Of a DNA stretch of 64,000 nucleotides, positions 48,990-61,653 are shown in pieces. Location of the stretch: the NCBI RefSeq assembly GCF_035084215.1, contig NC_090338.1, positions 5,704,001 through 5,768,000 on the forward strand, read 5' to 3'. A program made the translations under genes and the position numbers. Origin of the DNA: Heptranchias perlo (lineage: Eukaryota). The notes beneath the pieces are model-generated. The model saw nothing but the letters and a program-made list of their open reading frames with translations, was not told the origin of the DNA and made no database searches. Each line of letters opens with the position of its first letter. Position 1 is the stretch's first letter.

Positions 48990-51645
48990 TAGAAACGTGG
49001 AAAATAGGAGCAGGAGTAGGCCATTCAGCCCTTCGAGCCTGCTCTGCCATTCAATATGATCATGGCTGATCCTCTATCTCAATACCATATGCCCATGCTC
49101 TCCCCATACCCCTTGATGCCTTCCTAAATGTCCTACCCTGTATCCTGAGACCGTGACCCTCATTCCAGACCCCCCCCAGCCAGGGGAAACATCCTCCCTG
49201 CATCCAGTCTGAATGAGATCCCCTCTCAAACTAGATGGTTTCCATCCCAGGGTTTTAAAGGAAGTAGGTGAGCACATCACGGATGCCCTAACTATAATCT
49301 TTCAAAGTTCTCTAGATTCAGGAACTGTCCCTCCAGATTGGAAAATTGCACATGTCACTCTGCTTTTTAAAGAAAGGAGAGAGAGGGAAACCAGGGAATT
49401 ATAGACCAGTTAGCCTAACATCTGTTGTGGGGAAAATGCTGGAGTCTATAATTAAGGATAGGGTGACTGAACATCGAGAATTTTCAGTTAATCAGGGAGA
49501 GCCAGCATGGATTTGTGAAAGGTAGGTCATACCTGACAAACCTGACTGAATTTTTTGAAGAAGTAACTAAAGTAGTGGACAGGGGAATGTCAATGGATGT
49601 TATTTATATGGACTTCCAGAAGTCATTTGATAAAGTCCCACATAAGAGACTGTTAGCTAAGATAGAGGCCTATGGAATAGAGGGAAAAATACAGATTTGG
49701 TTAGGAAGTTGGCTGAGCGAAAGGCGACAGAGAGTAGGGATAATGGGAAGGTACTCACATTGGCAGGATGTGACTAGTGGAGTCCCGCAGGGATCTGTCT
49801 TGGGGCCTCAATTATTCACAATATTTATTAACGACTTAGATGAAGGCATAGAAAGTCTCATATTGAAGTTTGCCGATGACAAAGATTGGTGGCATTGTAA
49901 GATGAAAACATAAAATTACAAAGCGATATTGATAGATTAGTTGAATGGGCAAAACTGTGGCAAATGGAATTCAACACAGACAAACGTGAGGTCATCCACT
50001 TTGGATCAAAAAGGATAGAACAAGGTACTTTCCAAATAGTAAAAAGTTAAAAACAGTGGATGTCCAAAGGGACTTAGGGGTTCAGGTACATCGATCATTG
50101 AAGTGTCATGAACAGGTGCAGAAAATAATCAAGGCAGTTAATGGAATGCTGGCCTTTATATCTAGAGGATGAGAGTACAAAAGCCTGGTTAGACCGCACC
50201 TGGAGTACTGAGCGCAGTTCTGGGCACCGCACCTTCGGAAGGACATATTGGCCTTGGAGGGAGTGCAGCGTAGGTTTACTAGAATGATACCCGGACTTCA
50301 AGGGTTAAGTTACGAGGAGAGATTACACAAATTGGGGTTGTATTCTCTGGAGTTTCGACGGTTAAGGGGTGATCTGATCGAAGTTTACAAGATATTAAGG
50401 GGAACAGATAGGGTGGATAGAGAGAAACTATTTCCGCTGGTTGGGGATTCTAGGAGCAGGGGGCACAGTCTAAAAATTAGAGCCAGACCTTTCAGGAGCG
50501 AGATTAGAAAACATTTCTACACACAAAGGGTGGTAGAAGTTTGGAACTCTCTTCCGCAAACAGCAATTGATACTAGCTCAATTGCTAAATTTAAATCTGA
50601 AATTGATAGCTTTTTGGCAACCAAAGGTATTAAGGGATATGGGCCAAAGGCAGGTATATGGAGTTAGATCACAGATCAGCCACAATCTTGTCAAATGGCG
50701 AAGCAGGCACGAGGGGCTGAATGGCCTACTCCTGTTTCCTATGTTCCTATATTCTTCTAAACTCGAGTGAATACAGGCAGAGTTGACCCAATCGCTCCTC
50801 ATATGACAGTCCTGCCATCCCAGGAATCAGTCTGGTGAACCTTTAGGGCAAGTATATCCTTTCTTAGGTAAGGAGACCAAAACTGCACACAATACTCCAA
50901 GTGTGGTCTCAACAAGGCCCTGTATAACTGCAGTAAGACATCCTTGCTCCTGAACTCAAATCCTCTTGCAATCAAGGCCAACATACCATTTGCCTTCCTA
51001 AATGCTTGCTGCACCTGCATGTTTGCTTTCAGTGACTGGTGTACAAGGACACCCAGGTCCTTTTGTACAAATAACATTTCCCAATCTATCATCATTTAAA
51101 TAATACTCTGCCTTTCTGTTTTTCCTTCCGATAACTTCACATTTATCCACATTATACTGCATCTGCAACTTGTCTAAATCACCTTGAAGCCTCTTTGCAT
51201 CCTCCTCAACTCACGATCCCACCTCGTTTTGTGTCGTCAGCAAACTTGGAAATATTACATTTGGTTCCCTCATCCAAATCATTGATATATATTGTGAATA
51301 GCTGGGGCCCAAGCACTGATCCCTGCGGTACCCCACTAGTCACCGCCTGCCACCCCGAAAAAGACCCATTTATTCCTACTCTCTGTTTCCTGTCTGTCAA
51401 CCAATGTTCAATCCATGCCAGTGTGTTACCACCAATCTCATGTGCTTTAATTTTGCACACTAACCTCTTGTGTGGGACTTTATCAAAGGCCTTCTGAAAA
51501 TCCAAATACACCACATCCACTGGTTCGCCCCTATCTATTCTACCAGTTACATCCTCAAAAAACTCCAGTAGGTTTGTCAAACACGATTTCCCTTTCATAA
51601 ATCCATGTTGACTTTGTCTAATCACATTAATATTTTCTAAATATC
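48990..51645. mobile_element. CR1(-) interrupted by CR1(+) RT fragment (~49215-50750) in RPS14 intron 3
   Basis: ORFs 49515-49913(+), 50248-50667(+), 50799-51095(-) and 51206-51625(-). Confidence 0.85.
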
Positions 51646-52373
51646 CTGGATGAGATGGTAAAATGGATGCCTGCCCTCTCAGGTGGACGTGTAAGATCCC
51701 AGGGCACTATTTCGAAGAAGAGCAGGGGAGTTCTCCCCTGGTGTCCTGGGGCCGATATTTATCCTTCAATCAACATCACTGAAAAAAACGACAGATAATC
51801 TGGACATTATCTCATTGCTGTTTCCAATTCTGCAAAAACACAATCTCAACCAGAGACCTTTCCCGGCAACTGGTGATTCACACAACAGCCAACCAGGGTT
51901 TCCTGTTTGGGGGTTTGTGTTTCCAGGACTTGGTGATGGTGCCATCTGTATGCAGCTGACAGCAGTGCCGGTGGAGTCAGAACACTCAGAAGCTGATTTC
52001 ATTTCTCTGTGTAAGTGCTTCCTAAATGTGTCATTATCACACTGCTGTTTGCAGGACCTGGATGTGGGTGAATTAGCTGCCACGTTTCTACATTACAATA
52101 GTGACTACACTTCAAAGCGCTTTGGGATGTCCTGAGGTTGTGAAAGGCACTATAGAAATGCAAGTCAGTCTTTCTTACCACTTTTGGAATGCCTGGCTTA
52201 CACTTCTCTACTGCAGAGACTAGGTGCTAACCAGGAGGCATGAGGCCATCAGGTGCAGCCCTCCCCCTACCAATCCCCTTCCAACAGCAGGGAGACCCTC
52301 CCCACTCAACATACTGGGAACTAAGTGCAGTGCAGGTAAGTGCGCACGCACATGCACAGCTCCATTCCAAACA

Positions 52374-52503
52374 CTTTGTACGTGACCAAGCGTCCCTGTC
52401 AGCCGTATGTGCTAAACAGACAAGGATAGTATGAAACGTGTTCCTTTCTGCAGGGGGAACGACATCAACAGCACCGAGCAGCCACGATGTAACAAATCCT
52501 GCA
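52374..52503 (-). ncRNA. H/ACA snoRNA, SNORA63/E3-like, copy in RPS14 intron 3
   Basis: Same architecture, with a few extra substitutions in the upper 3' stem. Confidence 0.86.
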
Positions 52504-53165
52504 CTCTGGGGTGCTTCCGGTCATCTATGGGGTACTGAGCGTGTACAAGGTCAATGTTAAATCCATTCGTTATATGTTACTACAATGTTTGGAAAAGCTA
52601 TTAAGGTTGCATTTGCTGACACCACATCATAGAAAATTAAAGATTTGCAAAATTCTAACTGTAAAATTGCAGGTTTGGATACAGCACACCATTTTTGACC
52701 CTCTGTTTCGATTCCAAAGCAAAGTGTACGCACTATCAACCTCCCGCTCCCTCAAAAATACCCTCTTATTGTAATCCAGATTTAATCAAGCGTTATAATA
52801 AATCACTAGAACAGCTGCTTTCTAAACAACTGCCTAGAGATTGAATGCACATTTCAGCAAGTTCAGGTCAGTCCCTCCCCCAGAAACTCCACTAACACAC
52901 ATTCTGGAGGCTGTGCGCATCTCAAGAGAGCCAGCAGTTACCCAGGGGTCTATCGTGTCAGCTGTGAGCCCATAATCCAGGCTGACACTCCCGGAGGGCC
53001 AGTGCTGAGGGAGCGCTGCACTGTCGGAGGGGTCACCTTACAGATGTGATGTTAAACCAAGGCCCCATCAGGTAGACATAAAAGATCTCACGCCCTTATT
53101 CAAAGAAGGGCAGGGGAATTCTACCCGTGACCTCAGCCAATATGTATCCCTCAACCAACATCACT

Positions 53166-53260
53166 AAATGTAAGGAATCTTACAACACCAGGTTATAGTC
53201 CAACTGTTTTATTTGAAAATCACAAGCTTTCGGAGGCATTCTCCTTCGTCAGGTGAGTGA
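53166..53260 (-). mobile_element. Single-arm fragment of the same Penelope-type family with hammerhead motif (53220-53256), inserted in a SINE
   Basis: Minus strand TCAC-CTGACGA-AGGAGAATGCCTCC-GAAA-GCTT-GTGA. A further terminal fragment without the core lies at ~13962-14044. Confidence 0.7.
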
Positions 53261-53419
53261 CACAGATTACCTGGTCATTTATCTCATTGCTGTTTGTGGG
53301 AGCTTGCTGCGCGCAAATTGGCTGCTGTGTTTCCCCACATTATAATATTGACTATACTTCAAAAGTACTTCACTGGCTGTAACGCCCTTTGAGATGTCCT
53401 GAGATCATGAAAGGTGCTA

Positions 53420-53833
<414 letters not shown>

Positions 53834-54466
53834 TCACAATCAGAAGGAAGGTTCAAAGAGTTCAAACGCGACAAAAAGCGCAACCCGCTTCAACAGGGGT
53901 CCTTCCGCTGGGCCATCCCGCCGGCCTGTGGCAAGAATCCTGCTCCGTTACCAGAGTTAAACCCACCTGACGAGGGAAATCGGGACAGGTTAGCTCGTTC
54001 CGTGGCCGCTCTTCACGCCCGACCCGTAGTGAACATCTGGTGAGCAGGGATATCACAGCCAATCGCACTACTGTCTTCACCTCGTGACCATACACGTGCA
54101 CCTTCCGGTCACCAGGTAGTGATCATGCACGGGGACACACAATGATTGACCAGAGGCTGGCTGAGATCAAACCATTCTTCACGTATGACCTCAGCAAGCG
54201 TCAGCAAGCTATTCAACTTCAGAGCCCTTCAGTCTGACCCCACCCTCACCCAACATCCGAACACAGACACTTTCCGCCAAAAGTCACAGCAGCAACCCAT
54301 GGCCCATTACAATCTCACTGCCTCGGGGCGGAAAAGGCCGAATGTGGTGCCCAAGCTGAGATCAGTGCAGATTGGCTTCAGTACTGTACGGGCAGTAACT
54401 TTACACTAGGCCATTAGGATACTGCAGCCTCAAATCCCAAACGTCACGTACAGGAACGGTTTATAG

Positions 54467-54596
54467 GTTTGTACGTGACCAAGCGTCCCTGCCAGCCGTA
54501 AGTGCTAGACTGACAAGGATAGTATGAAACGTGTTCCTTTTTGCAGGGGGAACGACATCAACAGCACTGAGCAGCCACGATGTAACAAATCCTGCA
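54467..54596 (-). ncRNA. H/ACA snoRNA, SNORA63/E3-like, copy in RPS14 intron 2
   Basis: Same hairpin-H-hairpin-ACA architecture and guide sequences as the other three copies. Confidence 0.88.
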
Positions 54597-55464
54597 CTCG
54601 AGGGCACTGCCTAGCGTCATCTTAGGGCTACTGATCACAGGAGCAGTGTTACTCTGGTAAATATTTACATTAATACCCTGCACAACTGCTGTAAAAAGCT
54701 GCAAATAATTAATATTCTATATGTAACACTGACGTAACGGGCATATTTCATATACACCGACCACCCCTCAGTGCCTCGCCCAAGTACTCAGTCTGTGTAA
54801 CAGGCTAGTCGGGGAGTAGCAGCAGGCTATTCAAATGCAGAGGCTATCACAGCTCTCTCTCGCTCTCTCTCGTCGCTGACCAGAGATCAGGAGCCGATCC
54901 TGGCCAATTTTCCCTTCTCTTTAGCCCAGTGGTGCCGAGGCCTACTAAACCCTGCACAGACCAAGGATCAAACCTGGCATATACGGTTCAGCGTTGCACT
55001 GGGCAATGCCCTTACCCACTAACCCAACCGGGGAAGGGGGCTTTCCATCCCTTCAGTTTGTGTACATGGCCCACATACAGGAAAGATAACTGTCAGGGAA
55101 CAATGAACAGGCTGAGACTCTCTTCTCTAAAGAGAAGACTGACAGGTGACCTATTAGAGGTCTTTAAGATTATGAAAGGGTTTGATAGGGTGGACGTAGA
55201 GATGATGTTTCCACTTGTGGGTGAGTCCAAAACTAGAGGTCATAAATATAAGATAGTCGCTAATAAATCCAATAGGGAATTCAGGAGAAACTTCTTTACT
55301 CAGAGTGGTTAGAATGTGGAACTCGCTAACACAAGGAGTAGTTGAGGCAAATATAATCGATGCATTTTAGGGGAAGCTAGATAAGCAGGCGAGGGAGAGA
55401 GGAATGGAAGGATATCCTGATAGGGTGAGATGAAGTAAGGTGGAGGGAGGCTCGTGTGGGGCAA

Positions 55465-57350
55465 TAACAATTTGCATTTACACAGCACCTGTAACGTAGT
55501 GAAATATCTCAAGAAGCCTCACAGGAGCCATTATCAAACAAAATGTGACACCGAGCCACATAAGGAGATATCAGGACAGGTGGAGGTAGGTTTTAAGGAG
55601 CTTCTTATAAGGAGAGGTAGAGAGGCTTACGGAGTGAATTCCAGAGCTTAGGGCCTCGGCAGCTGAAGGCACGGCTGCCACTGGTGGAGTGATGGAAATC
55701 AGGGATGAGCAAGAGGCCAGAACTGGAGGAGCTCAGAGATCTCAGCGGGTTGTAGGGCTGGAGGAGGTGACAGAGATAGGAAGGGGAGAGGCCATGGAGG
55801 GATTTGAATACAAGGATGAGAATTTTTTAAATCGAGGCGTTCCCGGACCGGTAACCAATGTAGGTCAGCGAGCAGAGGGGTGATGGGTGAACGGGACTTA
55901 GTGCGAGTTAGGATATGGGCAGCAGAGTTTTGGAAGAGCTCAAGTTTATGGAGGGTGGAGGATGGGAGGCCGGCCAGGACAGCATTAGGGTTGGAATAGT
56001 CAAGTCTAGAAGTAACAAAGGCAAGGTTGAGGGTTTCAGCAGCAGATGAGCTGAGGCAGGGGCAGAGACGTGCGATGTTACGAAGGTGGAAATAGATGGT
56101 GATGGAGTGGATATGCGGTCGGAAGCTCCTCTCAGGGTCCAAAAGGAAGGCAAGGTTGCAAACAGTCTGGATCAGCCTCAGACAGTGGCCAGGGAGAGGG
56201 TGGAGTCGGTGGTGAGGGAACCGAGTTTGTGGCGGGGACCAAAGACAATGGCTTCGGTCTTCCCAATATTTAGTTGGAGGAAATTTTTGCTCATCCAGTA
56301 CTGAATGTTGGACAGGCAGTGTGACAAATCAGAGACAGTGGAGGGGTCGAGAGGTGGAGGTGAGGTAGAGCTGGGTGTCATCAGCGTACATGTGGAATCT
56401 GACTTTGTGATTTCGGATGATGTCGCTGAGGGGCAGCATGTAGACGAGAAATAGGAGGGGGCCAAGGACAGATCCGTGGGGGATCCAGAGGTAACGGTGC
56501 GGGAGCGGGAAGGGAAGCCATTGCAGGTGATTCTCTGGCTACGACTGGATAGATAAGAATGGAACCAGGTGAGCGCAGTCCCACCCAGCTGGAGAACGGA
56601 GGAGAGGCGTTGGAGGAGGATGGAGTGGTCAACCGTGTCAAAGGCTGCAGACAGGTCGGGAAGGATGAGGAGGGATAGTTTACCATTGTCAGTCATATTG
56701 GACGTCATTTGTGACTTTGATAAGGGCCATTTCAGTACTGTGACGGGGGCAAAAACCTGATTGGAGGGATTCAAACATGATATTGCGAGAAAGATGGGCA
56801 TGGGTTTGGGAGCTGACACGTTCAAGGACTCGAGAGGAAAGGGAGTGGTAGTTTGCAAGGACAGAGAGGTCAAGGGTGGCATTTTTGAGGAGGGGGTGAT
56901 GACGGCAGATTTGAAGGAGGGACAGTATCCAAGGAGAGTGAAAAACATCAGCTAAAATTGGGGCCAGGAATGGCAGGTGGGTGGGAATAGGGTCGGGGCG
57001 GCAGGATGTGGGTCTCATTGGCAAGATGAGCTTGAAGAGGGTATGAGGTAAGAAACTAGCGAAAGATGCAATTTCGGGGCTAGGGCAGGGGGGAACCGTA
57101 GGGGAAGTTTGGCTCGGTGGGCTAGGGGAAGGGAGGGAAGTGACAGAGGCAGCTGAACGGACGGTCCCAGTCACAGAGAAGTCCATGAGGTCCTTGCACT
57201 TCTTGAAGGAGGCGAGGGTGGAGGAGACAGGGGTTTAAGACGACTGTAGCGCCGAGAAGCCTGGGGTTATCTTTGCATTGAAGGATGATAAGCAGAACAG
57301 TCAGGCCGAACGGCTTGATCCTGCACTGTGATCTTGAACAATCCAAACGC
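55465..57350 (-). mobile_element. L2-clade LINE RT fragment in RPS14 intron 2
   Basis: LILPDLSAAFDTVDHSILLQRL, NFLQLNIGKTE and AFVTSRLDYSN motifs, with frameshifts. Confidence 0.88.
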
Positions 57351-57601
57351 TATGGGGTGGGGAAGGGTGGAGCATTCCAAAGCCGAGCCCCCACTGAACG
57401 AGGAAGGATTAAAGAAACAATCCACAAATGGTGGATATTAACCGCAATCAAAGGCAAGTGCCGATTCCCAGCGGCAGGTCACACTCAGACCTCTCACATG
57501 TTCCCTCTCAGACGCTGGCTGACCCTCTTGTGCGTTTGCAGCGGTTTCTAACTCTCTTCCACAACACTCGCTAAATATTTTTTTGTTTTAACTCCTACTC
57601 A

Positions 57602-57862
<261 letters not shown>

Positions 57863-58655
57863 TCACGTGCTCACAACCATGAAAGGTTTCGATAGGAGTG
57901 TATCGGGAAAAAGTAATCCTATTGGCCAGTAAGCCGGTAACTAGAGGGCGTTAACCGTAAATCACCACCAAAAGAACGAAGGGAGAGATCAAGAGAATTT
58001 TTTTTTTAAAAAACAGGGTTGCCGAATCACTAAAAGAACACATGATCTGGTCATTATCACAGTGTGGGATCCTGCTGTGCATAAATTGACTGCCGCGTTT
58101 CCTACATTATAACAGTGACTACACTTCAAAAATTACTTCATTGGCTGTAAAGCACTTTGGGATGTCCTGAGGTCGTGAAAGGCGCTATATAAACGCAAGT
58201 CTTTCGTTTTCAATGAGGATAAATATTTGAAAAGGATAACACGAGTGTGGACAAAGAGCGGGGGATTAAGTGGACCGTTCTTTCAGACAGCCGGCATCCT
58301 CCTGTGCTGGAAATCTCTGACTCAACGCTGATATACAACCTCTGCATTAAAAGTTAATGTTAAACCATTTACACTGATACTTATTTTAGGACTTAGCTGC
58401 TAACGGCTTGATTGGGACGGGGAGAAGTAAACCTCCTTGCCCAGGGTTCGGACATGCTTTTACAACACAATTATCACAAGACGGTAAACTCGTGCGTTCT
58501 GTCCTCCGTTCCATTTGAAAGTATAACCGTGCAACTGCTGCCAGATTCACCAGCTCAGCTTCTGGCTGGTGGGGGGGGAAAGAGCAGCAGTGGGAGAGCA
58601 GGACATCTCACCATTCACGCATTAAACGTGAAGCAAGTACGAGAACGATTAGCGG

Positions 58656-58783
58656 GTTTGTACGTGACCAAGCGTCCCTGCCAGCCGTGGGTGCTGGACT
58701 GACAGGGATAGTATGAAACGTGTTCCTTTCTGCAGGGGGAACGACATCAGCAGCACCGAGCAGCCACGATGTAACTACCTGCA
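58656..58783 (-). ncRNA. H/ACA snoRNA, SNORA63/E3-like, copy in RPS14 intron 1
   Basis: Hairpin (TGCAGG/CCTGCA), H box AAAGGA, hairpin (CCCTGTCAGTC/GGCTGGCAGGG), then ACA+3 nt; sense to RPS14. Motifs GTCGTTCCCCCTGC and CAGGGACGCTTGGTC are recalled from E3. Confidence 0.9.
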
Positions 58784-60676
58784 CTTTTAGCTTTCTGATC
58801 TGAACACGTACAGACTGCTAACCCACATTATCCCACAAGCTACGTGCTGCGAGCACAGCATGAACTGGAATCTGGGACAACTCAGCAGCTGTATCTGTGC
58901 ATAAAAATTAAAAACTCACAACATTGCTGCACATTTAGTTCTCACCAATTTATTTACTAAACTTGGTATTTTATTCTAACGGAAAACATTGATTTTTCTT
59001 TTAAAAAACTGTTTTCTGCTTTGTATATGTTTCAGATTCCTGCAAATGACAGAGTCACTGTGATTTAGCAATAAGTTAGAAAATAAACAGCTTGACGTAC
59101 ACAACCAGTTTGTGTTTGGTCTCTCTCACTTTCCGATCATAATTAAATCTCCTACAAAGAGAGGCTGTTTTCCAGCTCCCCTTATTTTGTAGAGATTAAA
59201 AAAAACTGCAAATACAGGAAATCTGAATACAGGTAATATAAGAACAGAAAATGCTGGACATGCAACGCAAGGATACCAGAATGAGTAAAGACAGGTTATG
59301 GATAAAAACAGAAAATGCTGGAAACACTCAGCCGGTCAGGCAGTATCCGCGGAGATAAACAGAGTTCACGTTTCAGGTCGATGACCTTTCATTGTTTTAG
59401 GCGTAGACTTTGTCAAATGAATGAAGTGTTTCTACCCAAAACACTCACCTGTCCTTTCGCTTTCAGACACTGACAGTGTCTGCTGAGTGTTTCCAGCATT
59501 TCTTGCTGCTTTCCTGGTTACTGCAGCACTTTCACAGCATGTTTATGTACAATGTTCATGAAAAAAAATCCAACAGCCGTGGCTCAGTGGGTAAGCACTC
59601 TCCCCGAGCCAGAAAGTTGTGGGTTCAAGTCCCACTCCAGGGATCTGAGCCCATCACTCAGGCTGACACTCCCAGTGCAGTACTGAGGCAGTGCTGTACT
59701 GTCATCGGTGCCGTCTTTCAGATGAGACGTTAGAGTAAGGCCCTCACAGGTGGTAAAAATCCACAGCACTGTTTCAAAAAATAACATCAAGATAATTGGC
59801 AAAAGAACCAAAGGGAGAGGAGAGAAAAAAATTTTACGCAGCAAGGTGCAATGAAAGGGCGGTGGAAGCAGATTCACGAGTAACTTGCATTTATTTTGCT
59901 CCATTAACATCGTAAAACATCCTGAGGCACTTCACAGGAGTGTAATCAGACAAAACGTGACAATGAGCCACATGAGGAGATATTAACACAGGTGACCAAA
60001 AGCTTGGTCAAAGAGGTAGGTTTAAAGGAGAGAGAGAGAGGGGCAGAGGCTGCAAGGCTACGGACCGGGTGCTGGAAGGTGGGATTAGAATGGGCACCCG
60101 GTTGTTCTTCGAGCCGGCGCGGACACGACGGGCCGAATGGCCCCCTTCTGTATCGTTTCTATGGTTCTACAGAGGTTTGGGGAGGGAATTCCAGAGCCGA
60201 AGACACGGTCGCCAGCGGTGGAGCGATGGGAATCAGGGAATGCGCAGGAGGTCGGAATTGGAGCAACTTTCAAAACAAAAAGGGGGGGGGGGGGGGAAAT
60301 TGGAGATATACTTCGAAAGGGGGGAAAAAAACTGCAGGCACGGGCAGGATGGGCCGAACGGCCTCCTCCTCTGCTGTGAGATTCCAGGAATTCTCCCCGG
60401 GTGTGTCCTGGGGGCCAATCCCTCAAAACCAGTTTAAAAAACACACACACACACACACAGGATCGGCTCAATCATCAGACTGCGGATTGTGGGATCTTGC
60501 TGTGCGCAAACATTAAAATAGCGGCGGAGGGAGGGCGAGAGGCGGGAATTTCCTCATTTCCATCTCCCGTTTGAACATTTCGCGGGGTTTTACCCCCTTT
60601 TATAATCGCCCGTCTCCCCCCCCCCTCCTCCTCCTCCTTCTCCTTCTCACACGCCGCCCCGGGGCCCGGCTACAGC

Positions 60677-60756
60677 CCGGGGGATTCACCCTCCGCCAGG
60701 CCGGGGATTCACCCTCCGCCAGGCCGGGGATTCACCCTCCGCCAGCCCGGGGATTC
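60677..60756. repeat. 23-bp tandem repeat x3.3 (ggggattcaccctccgccaggcc) in RPS14 intron 1
   Basis: Direct inspection. Confidence 0.9.
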
Positions 60757-61068
60757 GGCCCTTCTCGCTTTCTCCTTCTCCGATCCCCACTCTCAGCGCA
60801 AACCCATCGCCCTCCCTCCCCCCACCCACCCACCCACCCCGGACCGCCCTGGTTAGAAACGCGGCGCCGCCGGCCCGGGGCCTAGCGCTCCTCTCCCTCC
60901 TCCTCCTCCTTAATTGTTAATCCTTTCAATAAAACATCGTCCGCCCGCCCGATTCCGCCTGATATCGGCAGGCGGCGGTTAGCCGGTGAGGTGGAAGCGG
61001 ATGATCGGCCCCGCCGGGGTGTTTTTAGCGGCGGATGGCGCCGGATTGCGGCCGCCGCTCGGCCCTAC

Positions 61069-61107
61069 CTGTCTCTCTTCCACCAGAGCTGCGAGGAGAA
61101 AGGGAGG
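61069..61107 (-). other. RPS14: RPS14 non-coding exon 1 with 5' terminal oligopyrimidine (TOP) tract
   Basis: Minus strand CCTCCCTTTCTCCTCGCAGCTCTGGTGGAAGAGAGACAG|gtaggg within a CpG island, typical of a ribosomal protein first exon. TSS approximate. Confidence 0.75.
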
Positions 61108-61427
61108 TCAGAGGGTGCGGGGGAGGGGCAAAGGTCACCCCCACACCCCAGGGCTCACGGGAAAATAAAACATTCCTCTCACAACTCTTTATTTTTAAGG
61201 ACGCTTAGCGGTTTTTAATGTGCTGAAATATTTGATCAAAACTCGTTGGAATGAAATTAAATTTATGGCGAGAGAAAATTCTTTCTTAAATCAAAAAAAA
61301 CCCGTGGTTTTAAATGCCCCGCACAAAGATGGCGACTGCAGTGAGGGGCAGTCTGCGGCTACGGACACCGTTCATGGACAAAACTCCCGGCAGCGACAAA
61401 CTTCAAAACTGCGAATGATTTTTGTTT

Positions 61428-61653
61428 ATTGTAAACAATTTTACAACACCAAGTTATAGTCCAGCAATTTTATTTTAAATTCACAAGCTTTCGGAGGCTT
61501 CCTCCTTCCTCAGGTGAACGATGTCGAAAATGAGGAAGGAGGAAGCCTCCGAAAGCTTGTGAATTTAAAATAAAATTGCTGGACTATAACTTGGTGTTGT
61601 AAAATTGTTTACAATTGTCAACCCCAGTCCATCACCGGCATCTCCACATCATA
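61428..61653. mobile_element. Palindromic Penelope-type insertion with minimal hammerhead motif (61480-61518, minus)
   Basis: Inverted arms; TSD atttttgttt (61418-61427 / 61654-61663); same family as the 15031 copy. Confidence 0.78.

Larger units (their letters stand above)
60500..61400. promoter_or_regulatory. RPS14 promoter CpG island with YY1-type motifs (GGATGGCG ~61033-61040, AAGATGGCG 61326-61334)
   Basis: GC- and CpG-rich non-repeat sequence around exon 1. YY1 sites are common in vertebrate ribosomal protein promoters. Confidence 0.7.
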
